A stretch of 64,000 nt of DNA, from assembly GCA_963662315.1 (NCBI GenBank), contig OY759353.1:1056001-1120000 (forward strand). The letters run 5' to 3'. This document shows positions 19,702 through 30,557 of the stretch, piece by piece. The position numbers and the translations under genes are program-made. How positions within the stretch are numbered: position 1 is the stretch's first letter; each line of letters opens with the position of its first letter. The notes under the pieces are model-generated. The model was not told the origin of the DNA. It searched no databases and worked only from the letters and a program-made list of their open reading frames with translations. The stretch is from Geopsychrobacteraceae bacterium. Lineage in GTDB: Bacteria > Desulfobacterota > Desulfuromonadia > Desulfuromonadales > Geopsychrobacteraceae.

Positions 19702-22032
19702 ATGAGCAAAACACCCCAAAAAAAACAACAGCTAAAGAAAAAATCTTTAAGTAAGAAAAAATCATTTTTAAGGCGTATTCTGGTTAAAAGCCTCGTCTTG
19801 TTTTTTACCCTGCTGGCAGTCGGAGTGGCCTACCTTGATTACACCGTGCGCGATCGTTTTGAAGGGAAGCGCTGGAAACTTCCAGCCCTGGTCTACGCCC
19901 GCCCCCTTGAACTTTATGCGGGGTTGCACATCACCCGTCAGCAACTGAATGAGGAATTATCCCTGCTTGGTTACAAGCAGGCCCCTGTCCCAGACGAACA
20001 AGGCAGTTATTGCTGGAGCAACCAGTCCATTGACCTGACAACCCGTGACTTTAATTTTGGTTCAGGTTTACGGCCGGGCATACCGATCACGCTTACTTTC
20101 TCAGGCAATACCATAAAGGAGCTCTACAGGCGTGACACTGACGCACTTGTACCGATTTATCGCCTTGATCCGGTTTTGATCGGAGGTATTTACCCGGACA
20201 AAAATGAAGATCGCATCCTGATAAAACTTGATGAAGTCCCTGCCATGGTCACCAATGCCCTGATTACAGTGGAGGACAGACGATTTTACTCTCACCATGG
20301 CATCGATCTATGGGGAATCAGCAGAGCGATTATCAATATGGCCAGCGGCGGCCCGATTCAAGGTGGCAGCACCATAACCCAGCAACTGGTCAAAAATTTT
20401 TATTTGACGTCCGAACGAACCATGCAGCGCAAAGTCATTGAAATCATCATGGCGTTGTTGCTTGAAGCTCACTACAGTAAAGATGAAATTCTGGAAAGCT
20501 ACCTTAATGAAGTTTACCTCGGACAAGATGGTAATCGCGCTATTCATGGGTTTGGTCTTGCCAGCCATTTCTACTTTAACAAAACCGTCAGTCAACTTGA
20601 CCTTCATGAAGCGACACTGCTTGTCGGGCTGTTAAAAGGTCCTTCTTATTACAATCCACGCAGCAGAACCCAACGCGCCAAGCAGAGACGAGATTTGGTG
20701 CTCAAAGAGATGGAAGAAGCTGGCGATATTTCCTGGAGCGAGCGACAACTGGCTCAAAAGCAGCCCCTTGGCGTGCTGAATCGCCCAGTCAGAGGCACCA
20801 CAAGTTTTCCTGCGTTTATGGAGGTTCTACAAGAGCAGCTACATCAGGATTATCGCGATGAAGATTTACGCTCCCAGGGACTGAAAGTATTTACCACTCT
20901 CGACCCACTGGTTCAGCAAACAGCCGAAAAATCATTACAGCTGCGGCTGCAACAACTCGAATACGACCGTGACCTTGAACAAGACAGTTTACAAGGTGCA
21001 GTCGTAATAACAAGCAGCCAGAATGCAGAAATTCAGGCTGTCGTTGGCGGCCGGAATCCACGCTTTGAAGGATTTAATCGGGCTCTTAATACCGAACGCC
21101 CAATCGGTTCTCTGATTAAGCCGGTTGTATTTCTTAGTGCGTTAAGCCAATTTGACAATTTTTCACTGGCCACCATGCTTGATGATCGCCCTCTCGTTGT
21201 TAAACAAAAGGGCAGTGCCGACTGGATACCAAACAATTTTGACCAACAAAGTCATGGTAACGTTCTTCTCCACGATGCCCTAGTAAACTCCTATAATATT
21301 GCGACCGTCCGCCTGGGACTGGACATAGGACCCGGAAGGGTTATCGAGCAGCTCGAACAACTGGGTGTTAATCGTCGTGTTCCTGTCTACCCAGCCAGTT
21401 TATTGGGGGCCAACACGCTGTCGCCTCTTGAAGTTACCCAGATGTACCAGACCTTTGCCAGTGGAGGTTTTCGTACTCCGCTTAAAGCGATCAGGGAGAT
21501 TCTGGATTATAGTGGCAAACCGTTACAACGTTACCCCCTTGAAGTAGAACAGACTCTGAACAGCGACGCTGTTTATCTGGTAACCACCGCCCTGCAGGAC
21601 GTTGTCAGCCAGGGCACGGCAAAAACAATGAAAAACTTCCTCTCTACAGATCTCGGGATTGCAGGAAAAACTGGAACGACAGATAATTTCCGCGATAGCT
21701 GGTTTGCCGGATTCACAGAAAACCGAGTCGCGGTTGTCTGGATTGGTCGGGATGACAATCAATCGACCGGTCTAACCGGAGCAAGCGGAGCCATGACCGT
21801 TTGGGGAGAGATGATGGCGCAACTGAACCCTCAGCCCCTGACTCTTGCAGAACCAGATCGGATTGAATATCATTGGATCGACAGACCAACCGGGAAATTA
21901 TCTGGCTCAGAATGTAAAGATGCCATATATCTTCCATTTATTTCCGGATCGGCTCCAACGGAACAGGCCGCCTGTGGACCAAAGTCACAACCGTCAGCCA
22001 TACGCAGCTGGCTTAAAAGGATTTTTCAATGA
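19702..22032 (+). CDS. mrcB: Penicillin-binding protein 1B (UB2H, transglycosylase, transpeptidase)
   Basis: VYARPL, EDRRFYSHHG, GGSTITQQLVKN, SLIK (SxxK), SYN, KTG motifs. Confidence 0.95.
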   Translation: MSKTPQKKQQLKKKSLSKKKSFLRRILVKSLVLFFTLLAVGVAYLDYTVRDRFEGKRWKLPALVYARPLELYAGLHITRQQLNEELSLLGYKQAPVPDEQGSYCWSNQSIDLTTRDFNFGSGLRPGIPITLTFSGNTIKELYRRDTDALVPIYRLDPVLIGGIYPDKNEDRILIKLDEVPAMVTNALITVEDRRFYSHHGIDLWGISRAIINMASGGPIQGGSTITQQLVKNFYLTSERTMQRKVIEIIMALLLEAHYSKDEILESYLNEVYLGQDGNRAIHGFGLASHFYFNKTVSQLDLHEATLLVGLLKGPSYYNPRSRTQRAKQRRDLVLKEMEEAGDISWSERQLAQKQPLGVLNRPVRGTTSFPAFMEVLQEQLHQDYRDEDLRSQGLKVFTTLDPLVQQTAEKSLQLRLQQLEYDRDLEQDSLQGAVVITSSQNAEIQAVVGGRNPRFEGFNRALNTERPIGSLIKPVVFLSALSQFDNFSLATMLDDRPLVVKQKGSADWIPNNFDQQSHGNVLLHDALVNSYNIATVRLGLDIGPGRVIEQLEQLGVNRRVPVYPASLLGANTLSPLEVTQMYQTFASGGFRTPLKAIREILDYSGKPLQRYPLEVEQTLNSDAVYLVTTALQDVVSQGTAKTMKNFLSTDLGIAGKTGTTDNFRDSWFAGFTENRVAVVWIGRDDNQSTGLTGASGAMTVWGEMMAQLNPQPLTLAEPDRIEYHWIDRPTGKLSGSECKDAIYLPFISGSAPTEQAACGPKSQPSAIRSWLKRIFQ

Positions 22033-22430
22033 TCAGGCACAAAGGGATCCTCATTTTGAACCTTGCCATCCTTCTTGCAGGCTGTACGGCCTATGCTCCC
22101 CAGCCCTCTGAAAATACAGCGATTGTCAGTCTTATTAACCAAGCCGAACAATACAGAAGTAGCGGTGACTTCGCCGCTGCCAGCACTTCATTGGAACGCG
22201 CCTTGCGCATTGAGCCAAGAAACCCGCAACTATGGTACCAGCTTGCTCAGGTGCGTATTGATCAACAGCATTATCGTCAAGCAGAAAATCTTGCTCAAAA
22301 GTCAAACACACTGAGTCAGAACAATCCACGCTTACGTAGACTCAACTGGCTACTGATCTCCAGAGCACGTAGCCTGAGCGGTGATCAGCAAGGCGCGGAA
22401 AACGCTCTGCGTAAAGCCTCTATAGACTGA
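22029..22430 (+). CDS. TPR lipoprotein, LpoP-like PBP1B activator
   Basis: Lipobox LAGC, TPR (LERALRIEPRNP), ATGA overlap with the mrcB stop. Confidence 0.75.
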   Translation: MIRHKGILILNLAILLAGCTAYAPQPSENTAIVSLINQAEQYRSSGDFAAASTSLERALRIEPRNPQLWYQLAQVRIDQQHYRQAENLAQKSNTLSQNNPRLRRLNWLLISRARSLSGDQQGAENALRKASID

Positions 22431-22707
22431 ACATGAACCCAATTCCCTGATCATTCTCCTCCTTACTCAGGCCATGTTCATCAGCTCCTTTGATCGAGAA
22501 CTAACCTAAGAATCCTTTCTGCTTGAAATGACTATATTACCCAGAGAACTCTGCCCATATTTGAGAACAATGCCAGCAAAGAGTTATCAATAGCTGGCAT
22601 CTTTTGCTTTAGCATGAGATACTTAGAACATGTAGCGAGGTGGGGGTATCAACTCAATTTGGATTGAAGCGATCCAAATACTGTAAAATCCATCTCCGGA
22701 GAGCTGC

Positions 22708-24309
22708 ATGTATCAACGCACCTTACCAATATATATTTTCACAGAAGATCCTGAGTTTGAGCATCTCATTAAATCTGTAGCCCCACTACCACAATTTACC
22801 CACAAGGTGATCTGTCAAAGACAGATTATCGCCCCCCCTCTGGAAAGTGGAACCATCGTCATCATCGATGCCCCGGATAATAGCCAGCTCATTCAAGATT
22901 TTCACGCCACAGCAGCTTCGCAGACAACACTGATCGTCTGCCTGAGTGAAGAACGCCTATATTTGCTTAATGATATTTTTAACGTTGTTGATCACGTATG
23001 GAGTCGACCCCTTGCTGAAGATAAAATCATTAGCTCTTTTCAAAAGATCCTGACCACTATCAAAGAACGGGAAGATGCCCTTTTAACCACCTCCTACCTC
23101 GACACACTGATTAATGCTCTCCCCGACTTGATCTGGTTCAAAGATGCTCGGGGATCTCACCTGAAAATCAATAATAGCTTCTGCAAGACGGTCAATAAAA
23201 CCAAAGAACAGATTCTAGACCGTGGACATTATTATATCTGGGACATTGAACCCGATGAATATGCCCAGGGAGAATATATCTGCCTGGAATCTGAAGAGAT
23301 TGTCCTCAGCAAAAAAGAGAGTTGCCTGTTTGAAGAAACTGTCAAATGCGGCAACGAAATGCGCAAGTTCAAAACCTATAAAGCGCCGATTTTTGATATC
23401 GACGGAACCGTTATGGGGACGGTTGGCTGTGCCCATGATGTCACTGATTTGCAGAACCTGCTGATTGAGCTCAACATATTGGTCGAAAGTCTCCCTTTTG
23501 CCATTATGGTCACCGACGAAGATAAAAATATTTCCAGCGTAAACCAGAAATTCATCGATCTCTTTAAACTGCAGAAGGAAGAAGTCATCGGCCAGAGTGT
23601 TTATTATTTCATGGATGAAAACCGCACCTTTACCCGTAGCAAACGCTGGCTTTTTGAGCATGGGGAGGAAGGCACACTGCTCCTTTCAAAAGATAAAGTA
23701 TTAAAAATTCATGATGAACAACTGATCGACACTTTTGGTCAGTTGGCTGGCCACATTTACCTGTTCCTGGACATCACTATTGAATACCATATCAGGAACA
23801 AACTTTTATCCGATGCCAATACCGACTATCTGACTCAACTCAATAACCGCCGCCGCCTTCAGGATTTCATGCGCAAAACACCCTGCGGGCCAACAACGAC
23901 CCTCCTGCTGGCTGACCTTGACAACTTCAAGGAAGTGAATGATCAATATGGCCATGACGAGGGAGATAATATCCTTGTTTCCTTTGCGAATCTGTTACAG
24001 GTCTATTTCCCCAGTGAAAACCTGTTTCGCCTAGGCGGTGACGAATTTGCTATCGTTATTCCTGAGACCGACGATTTCACCCAGGTCATAAGTTACGCCG
24101 ATAGATTACTGGGTGGATTCAACAACTATATTGTCAGAAAGTTTTCTCATACCCCTATTTCTGTCAGTATCGGTATTGCCAGCAATCTGTCTCAACAGCA
24201 CGATTTTGGAGAACTTTTCAAAAGAGCCGATATGGCTCTTTATGAATCAAAAAATTGTGGAAAAAGTACTTACACAATATGGCAAGACAAGCGCAATGAA
24301 AGCCGCTAA
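22708..24309 (+). CDS. Diguanylate cyclase (receiver-like domain, 2 PAS, GGDEF)
   Basis: PDLIWFKD PAS motif, DLDNFKEVNDQYGH, GGDEF. Confidence 0.9.
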   Translation: MYQRTLPIYIFTEDPEFEHLIKSVAPLPQFTHKVICQRQIIAPPLESGTIVIIDAPDNSQLIQDFHATAASQTTLIVCLSEERLYLLNDIFNVVDHVWSRPLAEDKIISSFQKILTTIKEREDALLTTSYLDTLINALPDLIWFKDARGSHLKINNSFCKTVNKTKEQILDRGHYYIWDIEPDEYAQGEYICLESEEIVLSKKESCLFEETVKCGNEMRKFKTYKAPIFDIDGTVMGTVGCAHDVTDLQNLLIELNILVESLPFAIMVTDEDKNISSVNQKFIDLFKLQKEEVIGQSVYYFMDENRTFTRSKRWLFEHGEEGTLLLSKDKVLKIHDEQLIDTFGQLAGHIYLFLDITIEYHIRNKLLSDANTDYLTQLNNRRRLQDFMRKTPCGPTTTLLLADLDNFKEVNDQYGHDEGDNILVSFANLLQVYFPSENLFRLGGDEFAIVIPETDDFTQVISYADRLLGGFNNYIVRKFSHTPISVSIGIASNLSQQHDFGELFKRADMALYESKNCGKSTYTIWQDKRNESR

Positions 24310-24596
24310 AAACACCATAAAAACCTCTAAACCACCATCACAACATTAAAATTGGTTCAAAACACTCATTAAAGGATAGTGTTTTCTTATATTTATTTTT
24401 GGCAATTTCCTTCATCTGCCCCTATGTCTTGACCTAATATTCACACCTTCCTGCCAAGACATTTAACACCCCCGTTCACTATCAAACCCGGATAATTTGT
24501 ACAGCCCCCCCCTTACCCTGTAACTCCAAAGTAGATATAATGACCTTATTTTATTACAATTATTACTTTTAACTCTCCCATTACGGTGACTTATTC

Positions 24597-25613
24597 ATGA
24601 CAAAAACTCGTATTCTTATTTCAGAATCCAATGATCCGTGGTTTAACCTGACCGTTGAAGATATTATTTTCCGTTCTATGCCCGCCGACCAGCGCGTCCT
24701 TTTTTTATGGCAGAATGCCGATACCGTCGTTATTGGGCGTGCCCAGAACCCCTGGCGGGAATGTAATACCAGGCGGATGAATGCAGAAGGTATAAAGCTT
24801 GCCCGCCGGCAAACAGGCGGAGGTGCGGTTTTTCACGACCTGGGGAATAGTTGCTTCACCTTTATGGCAGCCAAGCCGGAATACGACAAAACAGTCTCTA
24901 CCCAGATCGTCTTGAACGCATTACAAAAACTTGGCATTGCAGGTAAGGCAAACGGTCGCAATGATCTGGTTATCGAGGATGAAACCGGGATGCGCAAGTT
25001 CTCTGGTTCTGCCTATAAAGAGGCAAAAGATCGTGGTTTCCACCACGGCACGTTGCTCCTTAATGCTGATCTGACCCGCCTGGGCAACTATCTGAATCCT
25101 GACCCAAAGAAGCTTCAGGCCAAAGGAGTCACATCAGTCAGATCACGTGTTGTCAACCTGAGCACACTGGTCACTGATATCAATCACCAAATGATCAGTC
25201 ACGCCATCAGCGAAGCTTACCAGGACTATTATCAAATCCGTGTCACGTCGGAACCAATCGATCCGGAACACTATACCGATCTACCGGATTTCAGGGAAAA
25301 GTTTGATCTCCAAAGCAGTTGGGACTGGAATTTTGGCAAGACGCCACCATTCACTCATGCACTTGAAGAACGCTTTGAATGGGGAGGCATTGAAATACTT
25401 CTGAATGTTTTAAAAGGGAAAGTTCAGGAAGCTAAAATCTACACAGATATGCTCGACCCGCTACCGTTGGAAGCTCTCGCGGCAGCACTTAAAGGGATCC
25501 CCTACCGACCGGAAACCCTTTCTGAAACTGTAAGTGCGCTGATAAAAGATCATCCTCAATATGAGGAAGTCCTTGAATCTGTCAGGGGATGGTTAACCCA
25601 ACAGGCAGCCTGA
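24597..25613 (+). CDS. lplA: Lipoate-protein ligase A
   Basis: [40 protein letters not shown]. Confidence 0.95.
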   Translation: MTKTRILISESNDPWFNLTVEDIIFRSMPADQRVLFLWQNADTVVIGRAQNPWRECNTRRMNAEGIKLARRQTGGGAVFHDLGNSCFTFMAAKPEYDKTVSTQIVLNALQKLGIAGKANGRNDLVIEDETGMRKFSGSAYKEAKDRGFHHGTLLLNADLTRLGNYLNPDPKKLQAKGVTSVRSRVVNLSTLVTDINHQMISHAISEAYQDYYQIRVTSEPIDPEHYTDLPDFREKFDLQSSWDWNFGKTPPFTHALEERFEWGGIEILLNVLKGKVQEAKIYTDMLDPLPLEALAAALKGIPYRPETLSETVSALIKDHPQYEEVLESVRGWLTQQAA

Positions 25614-25738
25614 AGTAGAGAGTTCACCCCGGCTGACTACAGGTCAACCATGCCCCCCCCCCCGGAGGCAAGTCCTAAAGCCGTGGCTTGTTTCCGGAAA
25701 GATATCACGCATGTGCCTACGTGCAGGGAGATAACAAA

Positions 25739-26044
25739 TCAGGAGGCGTTTTCAATAATTTCAGCCAACGCATCAATCAGGTTATCAATATCTGCTAAAG
25801 ACACCTCTGAAAACCAGAGCCCTTGCGGATAGATCATCACATTAGGACCATTTTCGCAGACACCGAGACAGCCCGAGGTGGAAATACGCACCTTCCCTTT
25901 CCACCCCCTGGTAGCTGCAGCCTGTTTTAAGGTGTCTTTGATCAGGCTACTGGCACCATCAGCGCATGACTTACGTGCCCCTTTACGGTCATTCGTACAG
26001 ATGAAGACATGGGCGATAAATGGCGTTAGAGAATGTTTAATCAT
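25739..26044 (-). CDS. Thioredoxin-like [2Fe-2S] ferredoxin
   Basis: FICTN...SC...GCLGVCENGP..IYPQG motif. Confidence 0.9.
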   Translation of the reverse strand: MIKHSLTPFIAHVFICTNDRKGARKSCADGASSLIKDTLKQAAATRGWKGKVRISTSGCLGVCENGPNVMIYPQGLWFSEVSLADIDNLIDALAEIIENAS

Positions 26045-26156
26045 AAAAAACCCCTTATATGACTGAAAGCTGTATGAAAAAACGCACAGAACTGACTGCT
26101 ATTATCTCCCAAAGTTGAAGAATTTGTCACTCCCAGGGCAAATCCCGCTGTTTTTT

Positions 26157-27308
26157 TTAAGCCTTACTATCCCGGGTAACGATCCAGGCCAGAGGAATTG
26201 TGCCAATGCAAAAAACGGTAGCAATGCTATAGGTCATCTGCAGCCCGACACCATCACCGAGCACACCGACACAAAATACAGCGACAGAACTGACTCCAAA
26301 GTTAATAAACATATACATACTGTTCATAAAGGTCGGCATGTTGGTTCCGGTATCCTGGGTTTTAGCCAGCAGTACCGGACCAGAGGCAAACAGAAACAGA
26401 CCCAGTATGGCCAACAGAATAATGTTATTACTGATGACAAACAGCCATAGCACAACCACGGTGGCGACACTTGAAACAAGCAAAGTACTGCGACGTCCGA
26501 TTCGATCTGAAATATTACCGGCACAAAAAGTTCCGACGACACCAAAGAACTGCAGCACGGAGAGAGAAATCCCTGCATACCACAGCGAGCTCCCCTGTTG
26601 AGTCAGATAAACCGGAAGAAACAACGTCAAGGCACTTTTACCCACATTCTGAAACAGGATATAACCGGCCAGAGAGCCTAAAAATACCTTTTGTTCTTTC
26701 AGTACACGCCGAGTGTCCCCCTTTTCTTTAGCTTTGGTTAAACGTTCCGGGGCTTTATAATGGCGCAACTTTATAAACAAAATAAAAGAAGCCACCAGCC
26801 CAAGCGGAATCAGCCGATAAATACCTTCCAGCCCCCAGGCTGAGACTGCGGCAATAACCATCATTGGTCCGAGAGTACGCGCGAGCTCTCCGCCAACCAT
26901 AAAAAAACTCATACCGGTCCCTACCCGGTTTCCGGAAACGTTGCGAACCATTACCGGCGAAGGAACATGAAATAATGCCGCCGATATTCCGGCAACGAAT
27001 AGCAGAATGAACAACATGATCGTTGAATTGGCCAGCCCGACGAACCCCATACTGATAGCTGTAACTGCCGGAGCAAGAATGACAATATATTTGCTACCAG
27101 TACGTTCGACAAGAAGTCCTAAAATCGGATTAAATAATGCGGGTACCCGGCGAATGATATCAAGGAACGCGGTAACGGAAAGGGACATACCGAGTTTGGC
27201 AATTAGTAACGGTAACAAGGGAGCGAGAATGGCAGAAAACATATCATGGGCTAAATGGGCGACAGACAAAACCAGGACTTCTTTGCTTTTAAACTTTTGC
27301 GTTTCCAT
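26157..27308 (-). CDS. MFS transporter (Fsr/fosmidomycin-resistance-like)
   Basis: About 12 TM segments, AHLAHD, FHVP, SDRIGRR motifs. Confidence 0.85.
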   Translation of the reverse strand: METQKFKSKEVLVLSVAHLAHDMFSAILAPLLPLLIAKLGMSLSVTAFLDIIRRVPALFNPILGLLVERTGSKYIVILAPAVTAISMGFVGLANSTIMLFILLFVAGISAALFHVPSPVMVRNVSGNRVGTGMSFFMVGGELARTLGPMMVIAAVSAWGLEGIYRLIPLGLVASFILFIKLRHYKAPERLTKAKEKGDTRRVLKEQKVFLGSLAGYILFQNVGKSALTLFLPVYLTQQGSSLWYAGISLSVLQFFGVVGTFCAGNISDRIGRRSTLLVSSVATVVVLWLFVISNNIILLAILGLFLFASGPVLLAKTQDTGTNMPTFMNSMYMFINFGVSSVAVFCVGVLGDGVGLQMTYSIATVFCIGTIPLAWIVTRDSKA

Positions 27309-27593
27309 GATCACTGCCTTTTCTGCAAACATAGCGGGAGAAGGGCCAGAAGCAGTTTGAACAGCAACGGGTCCAGAATTATTAGTGTAAAAAAAGCTTC
27401 AGTCTGATTTTGATACACAGCGCTTACGAAACTACAGTAAACATAGATGAAATTCAATCCTCAATAAGTTACCGGATTGTCGCCCTATCTTCAGATATAA
27501 ATGATCCATGAGCTCAAGATTGTTGGCTTTCAGAATCTCGGCGTGAAACATGCATAAATTTATTCCAAAATTTATATGCGCAAGGAGGTATGA

Positions 27594-27965
27594 ATGGCCA
27601 CGGTTTGGACAACAATGGAAAAAACCCCGGAAGGACGTTTTGCAGAAACCGGTTTTCACCTGACAGAGCCGGAAAAATGGTACCGCTTTTTTACCGTTAA
27701 AGACCCGGAAGAGTTTATTGCCCACATGAAACGCTTTCACAGCCTTCCCAAAAAAGCTTTAAGTAGAGAAGATTACGAAGCCGTCTGTCAGGAAACCGGC
27801 GTAAAACCCGCAACAGATGAAGATTTGGCATTTTACGGAACGACATACAGCACCATAGGCACAAGTAACTATCATTTGCACACCGAACCCGAGAATCGCG
27901 AGGCCGCCATTGCAAATGCGTTACACACATTGCGCTATCGGGAAATCAGAAAACAAAAAGCCTGA
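27594..27965 (+). CDS. Hypothetical protein
   Basis: 123 aa, strong RBS AAGGAGG, followed by a terminator. Confidence 0.7.
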   Translation: MATVWTTMEKTPEGRFAETGFHLTEPEKWYRFFTVKDPEEFIAHMKRFHSLPKKALSREDYEAVCQETGVKPATDEDLAFYGTTYSTIGTSNYHLHTEPENREAAIANALHTLRYREIRKQKA

Positions 27966-28033
27966 TCAAGCAATATTCGATTATTAGGTGGGAAGCTGTC
28001 GATATAAACGCAATTAAATAAAATATTTTTTTA

Positions 28034-28065
28034 AAGCCTGGGCTTACGCTTCAGGCTTATTTTTT
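28034..28065 (+). terminator. Intrinsic terminator
   Basis: AAGCCTG...CAGGCTT stem followed by a T-run. Confidence 0.65.
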
Positions 28066-28103
28066 CGTTTTATTTTACCAATGTTCCAGGGGACAAAAGG
28101 TCT

Positions 28104-28361
28104 TCAAGAAGCTTTCTTCAGAGAGACAGATTCAAGAGCAAGAGCGAGTTGATCAGGACAACTGGTATTGTTACGGCACTGAATTCCCTTTAAGCTACTG
28201 ATGACCTCAGAGATTGTCCTGCCCCTGACAAGCGTCGAAATTCCCTGCGCATTACCTGTGCAGCCACCGACAAAGGCGACGTTCTCAACAATATCGCCAT
28301 CAATTTCCAGAAAAATTTCACGTGCACATATACCAGTTGTTAGATAAACAATTTTAGTCAT
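28104..28361 (-). CDS. TSCPD-domain small protein (TIGR03905-like)
   Basis: GIC, GGCTGN, GIQC...TSCPDQLA. Confidence 0.9.
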   Translation of the reverse strand: MTKIVYLTTGICAREIFLEIDGDIVENVAFVGGCTGNAQGISTLVRGRTISEVISSLKGIQCRNNTSCPDQLALALESVSLKKAS

Positions 28362-28472
28362 GATCTTTCGGGAGTCCTTAGATGAGAAAATTCAAGGATG
28401 TTTAAAACCATATCTACCAAACTTTGTCAATCCTCATTCTAAAACAACAGAAGTAACCAATCAATTTTCCAT

Positions 28473-28497
28473 AAAAAACCCGGCATAAGCCGGGTTT
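28473..28497 (-). terminator. Intrinsic terminator of the trigger-factor-like gene
   Basis: AAAAAA-CCCGGC-ATAA-GCCGGG-TTT. Confidence 0.75.
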
Positions 28498-28528
28498 AAA
28501 AAAATTGCCAATTTATGTGCAATGTTGT

Positions 28529-29578
28529 CTATTTCATATACTCAGGAAGTTGATCCAGAATGCGAACCGGCTCCCCTGCTATCAGTTCTGCTTTGCTTAG
28601 AATATAATCCATGGACTTTTCAAGGCGAATAGCATGCTGTAATTGCTCTAATGCACCGGGTGTTTCATCAATCCGCTTACGACGGTCCTCGTACTTCTTG
28701 CCGACCTCCATAATCGAACTGTCCTGCTTCATTACAGTCGTCTTGATATCTTCTTCACTGACTTCAGGGTTTATTTTCGCTGCGACTGCACCAAGCAGAA
28801 GGTTTTTACGCACCGCCTCGATCGCTTCAGGGCGAATTTCCTTTTTTGCCTGATCCAGTGATTTACCACTTGATTTCAAATAGTTATCAAAATTATTCTT
28901 GCCGACCTGCTGACGAAACTGATTCAGCATGAGCATCACCTGCTGTTCAATCACTTCTTCACGCAATGGGCATGGGTTGGTTTCAATCAGCTTCTTCATC
29001 ACCGCTGAACGTTTGTTTGTTTCATTTTTTTCATCAGCTAAGGACTGTAACGACACCTTAACCTCAGCAGCAAAATCATCAATTGTCTCGAACGGCAACG
29101 TTGAAAGCAGTTTCTCGTCATCATCGCCTGTTCCGCGTTGCTGCCGCATTCCAGTGATCTGGTGTTTGACATCATCTTCAGAGACAATAACCGGTCTATA
29201 GGTTGCTTTGAGCCCTTCATATTGTTTCAGCTTGATTTCTGGTTCAATCGCAACCCGGATTTCAACGAGACAGGGCTCCCCCAATTTGGTTTCTTTAGGA
29301 ACAATTTCAGGGTAAGTCATCGGTGTTAAACCGAGCTCTTTTATGGCTTTCATGTAGTACGTCGGTAAAACCTTGTTCAGCCCCTGGCTGGCAATACGGT
29401 TAAGTTCGGGGTGTTGACCCAGCATGGCACGATTACTCAACGGTACCCCGCTGTTAACCTCTTTCCCGTCATTTTCCTTGAGAAACTCTTCCATAATGGC
29501 AGCTTCAATTGTTTCAGCATCTATCTCAATGGTGAAAATCGCCTCTTCTTTGTTTGACTTGATCAACTTGACTGACAT
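28529..29578 (-). CDS. Trigger factor paralog lacking the FKBP PPIase domain
   Basis: TF-like N-domain (...PEIKLKQYEGL...VSEDDV) joined directly to a TF-like C-domain; 349 aa; no GFRxG motif. Confidence 0.75.
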   Translation of the reverse strand: MSVKLIKSNKEEAIFTIEIDAETIEAAIMEEFLKENDGKEVNSGVPLSNRAMLGQHPELNRIASQGLNKVLPTYYMKAIKELGLTPMTYPEIVPKETKLGEPCLVEIRVAIEPEIKLKQYEGLKATYRPVIVSEDDVKHQITGMRQQRGTGDDDEKLLSTLPFETIDDFAAEVKVSLQSLADEKNETNKRSAVMKKLIETNPCPLREEVIEQQVMLMLNQFRQQVGKNNFDNYLKSSGKSLDQAKKEIRPEAIEAVRKNLLLGAVAAKINPEVSEEDIKTTVMKQDSSIMEVGKKYEDRRKRIDETPGALEQLQHAIRLEKSMDYILSKAELIAGEPVRILDQLPEYMK

Positions 29579-30073
29579 GTGCTGACTCCTTGATAGAATG
29601 ATTTCATACAGGGACTGACCATGACACGTGTGTCATTTTGAGAATATCCCCGATTCTGTAAATATCGTCATTGATAAATACTTTAAACAGCATTCTGACG
29701 ATGTCAAAAAGTTCCTCTTTTTCAGCTTGTTAACAGGCAAAACAAGAGGCTTGCCAGCCTGTTTCAGATTGAGACTTGACCAACTGTAGCAGGGTTTCAG
29801 TCTCAATATCGGCCAATGGGAAGGAACAAACAATTTACGCAGGCATATATAGCAAAAAACAAGCCCACCCAAAATACCCGACACCAGTAAAGATCAAAAG
29901 ACCCATTTCACGTCAGGGTTCTACTGTTTCAAAATAATATGATTATTATCCCCGTTCAATTTGACAGCAGACCATTTGGATTTAGAATCTACCTGTAACG
30001 ACCGAATAATCAAGCCGTCTACCACACCGACGGAGATATTTAAAGTCGCCTATTCAAAACCGAGGAGTCTCTG

Positions 30074-30421
30074 ATGAAGAAAGTGGCCCTGTTTGTCTTT
30101 AACGGTGATCCAATGTGCTTTATTCATGTGCTACTTAACGCTCTTGATATGCATGCCAAGGGCTACACCACTAAAATCATCATAGAGGGTGCTGCAGTTA
30201 AACTCATTTCTGAGCTACCTGAAACCAGCTATCCCCTGCATGGTCTGTGGGAAAAATGTCTCGCCGCGGGGCTGATCGAAGGCGTGTGCAAAGCCTGTGC
30301 TGCAAAATTAGGGACCCTGGATGCTGCGCAGGAGCTGGAACTACCAATACTGGGAGAAATGTCTGGACACCCCGGCATGACACATTACATGGACCTGGGA
30401 TTCGAAGTTATCAGTTTCTAA
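30074..30421 (+). CDS. DsrE-family protein
   Basis: GDPMCFIHVLLNALD, EGAAV, CKACA, GHP motifs. Confidence 0.8.
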   Translation: MKKVALFVFNGDPMCFIHVLLNALDMHAKGYTTKIIIEGAAVKLISELPETSYPLHGLWEKCLAAGLIEGVCKACAAKLGTLDAAQELELPILGEMSGHPGMTHYMDLGFEVISF

Positions 30422-30557
30422 ACAGGCTAGCCTTATCAAAAATTAACAACTTGACACCGTAGCATTCTTTTTTCGTGTACCACTGGTAATCGATTCAATA
30501 GATCTCTTAAGATGATAAATTATTTCTCTACACTTTTAACCGATATGAGGCTTGGTC

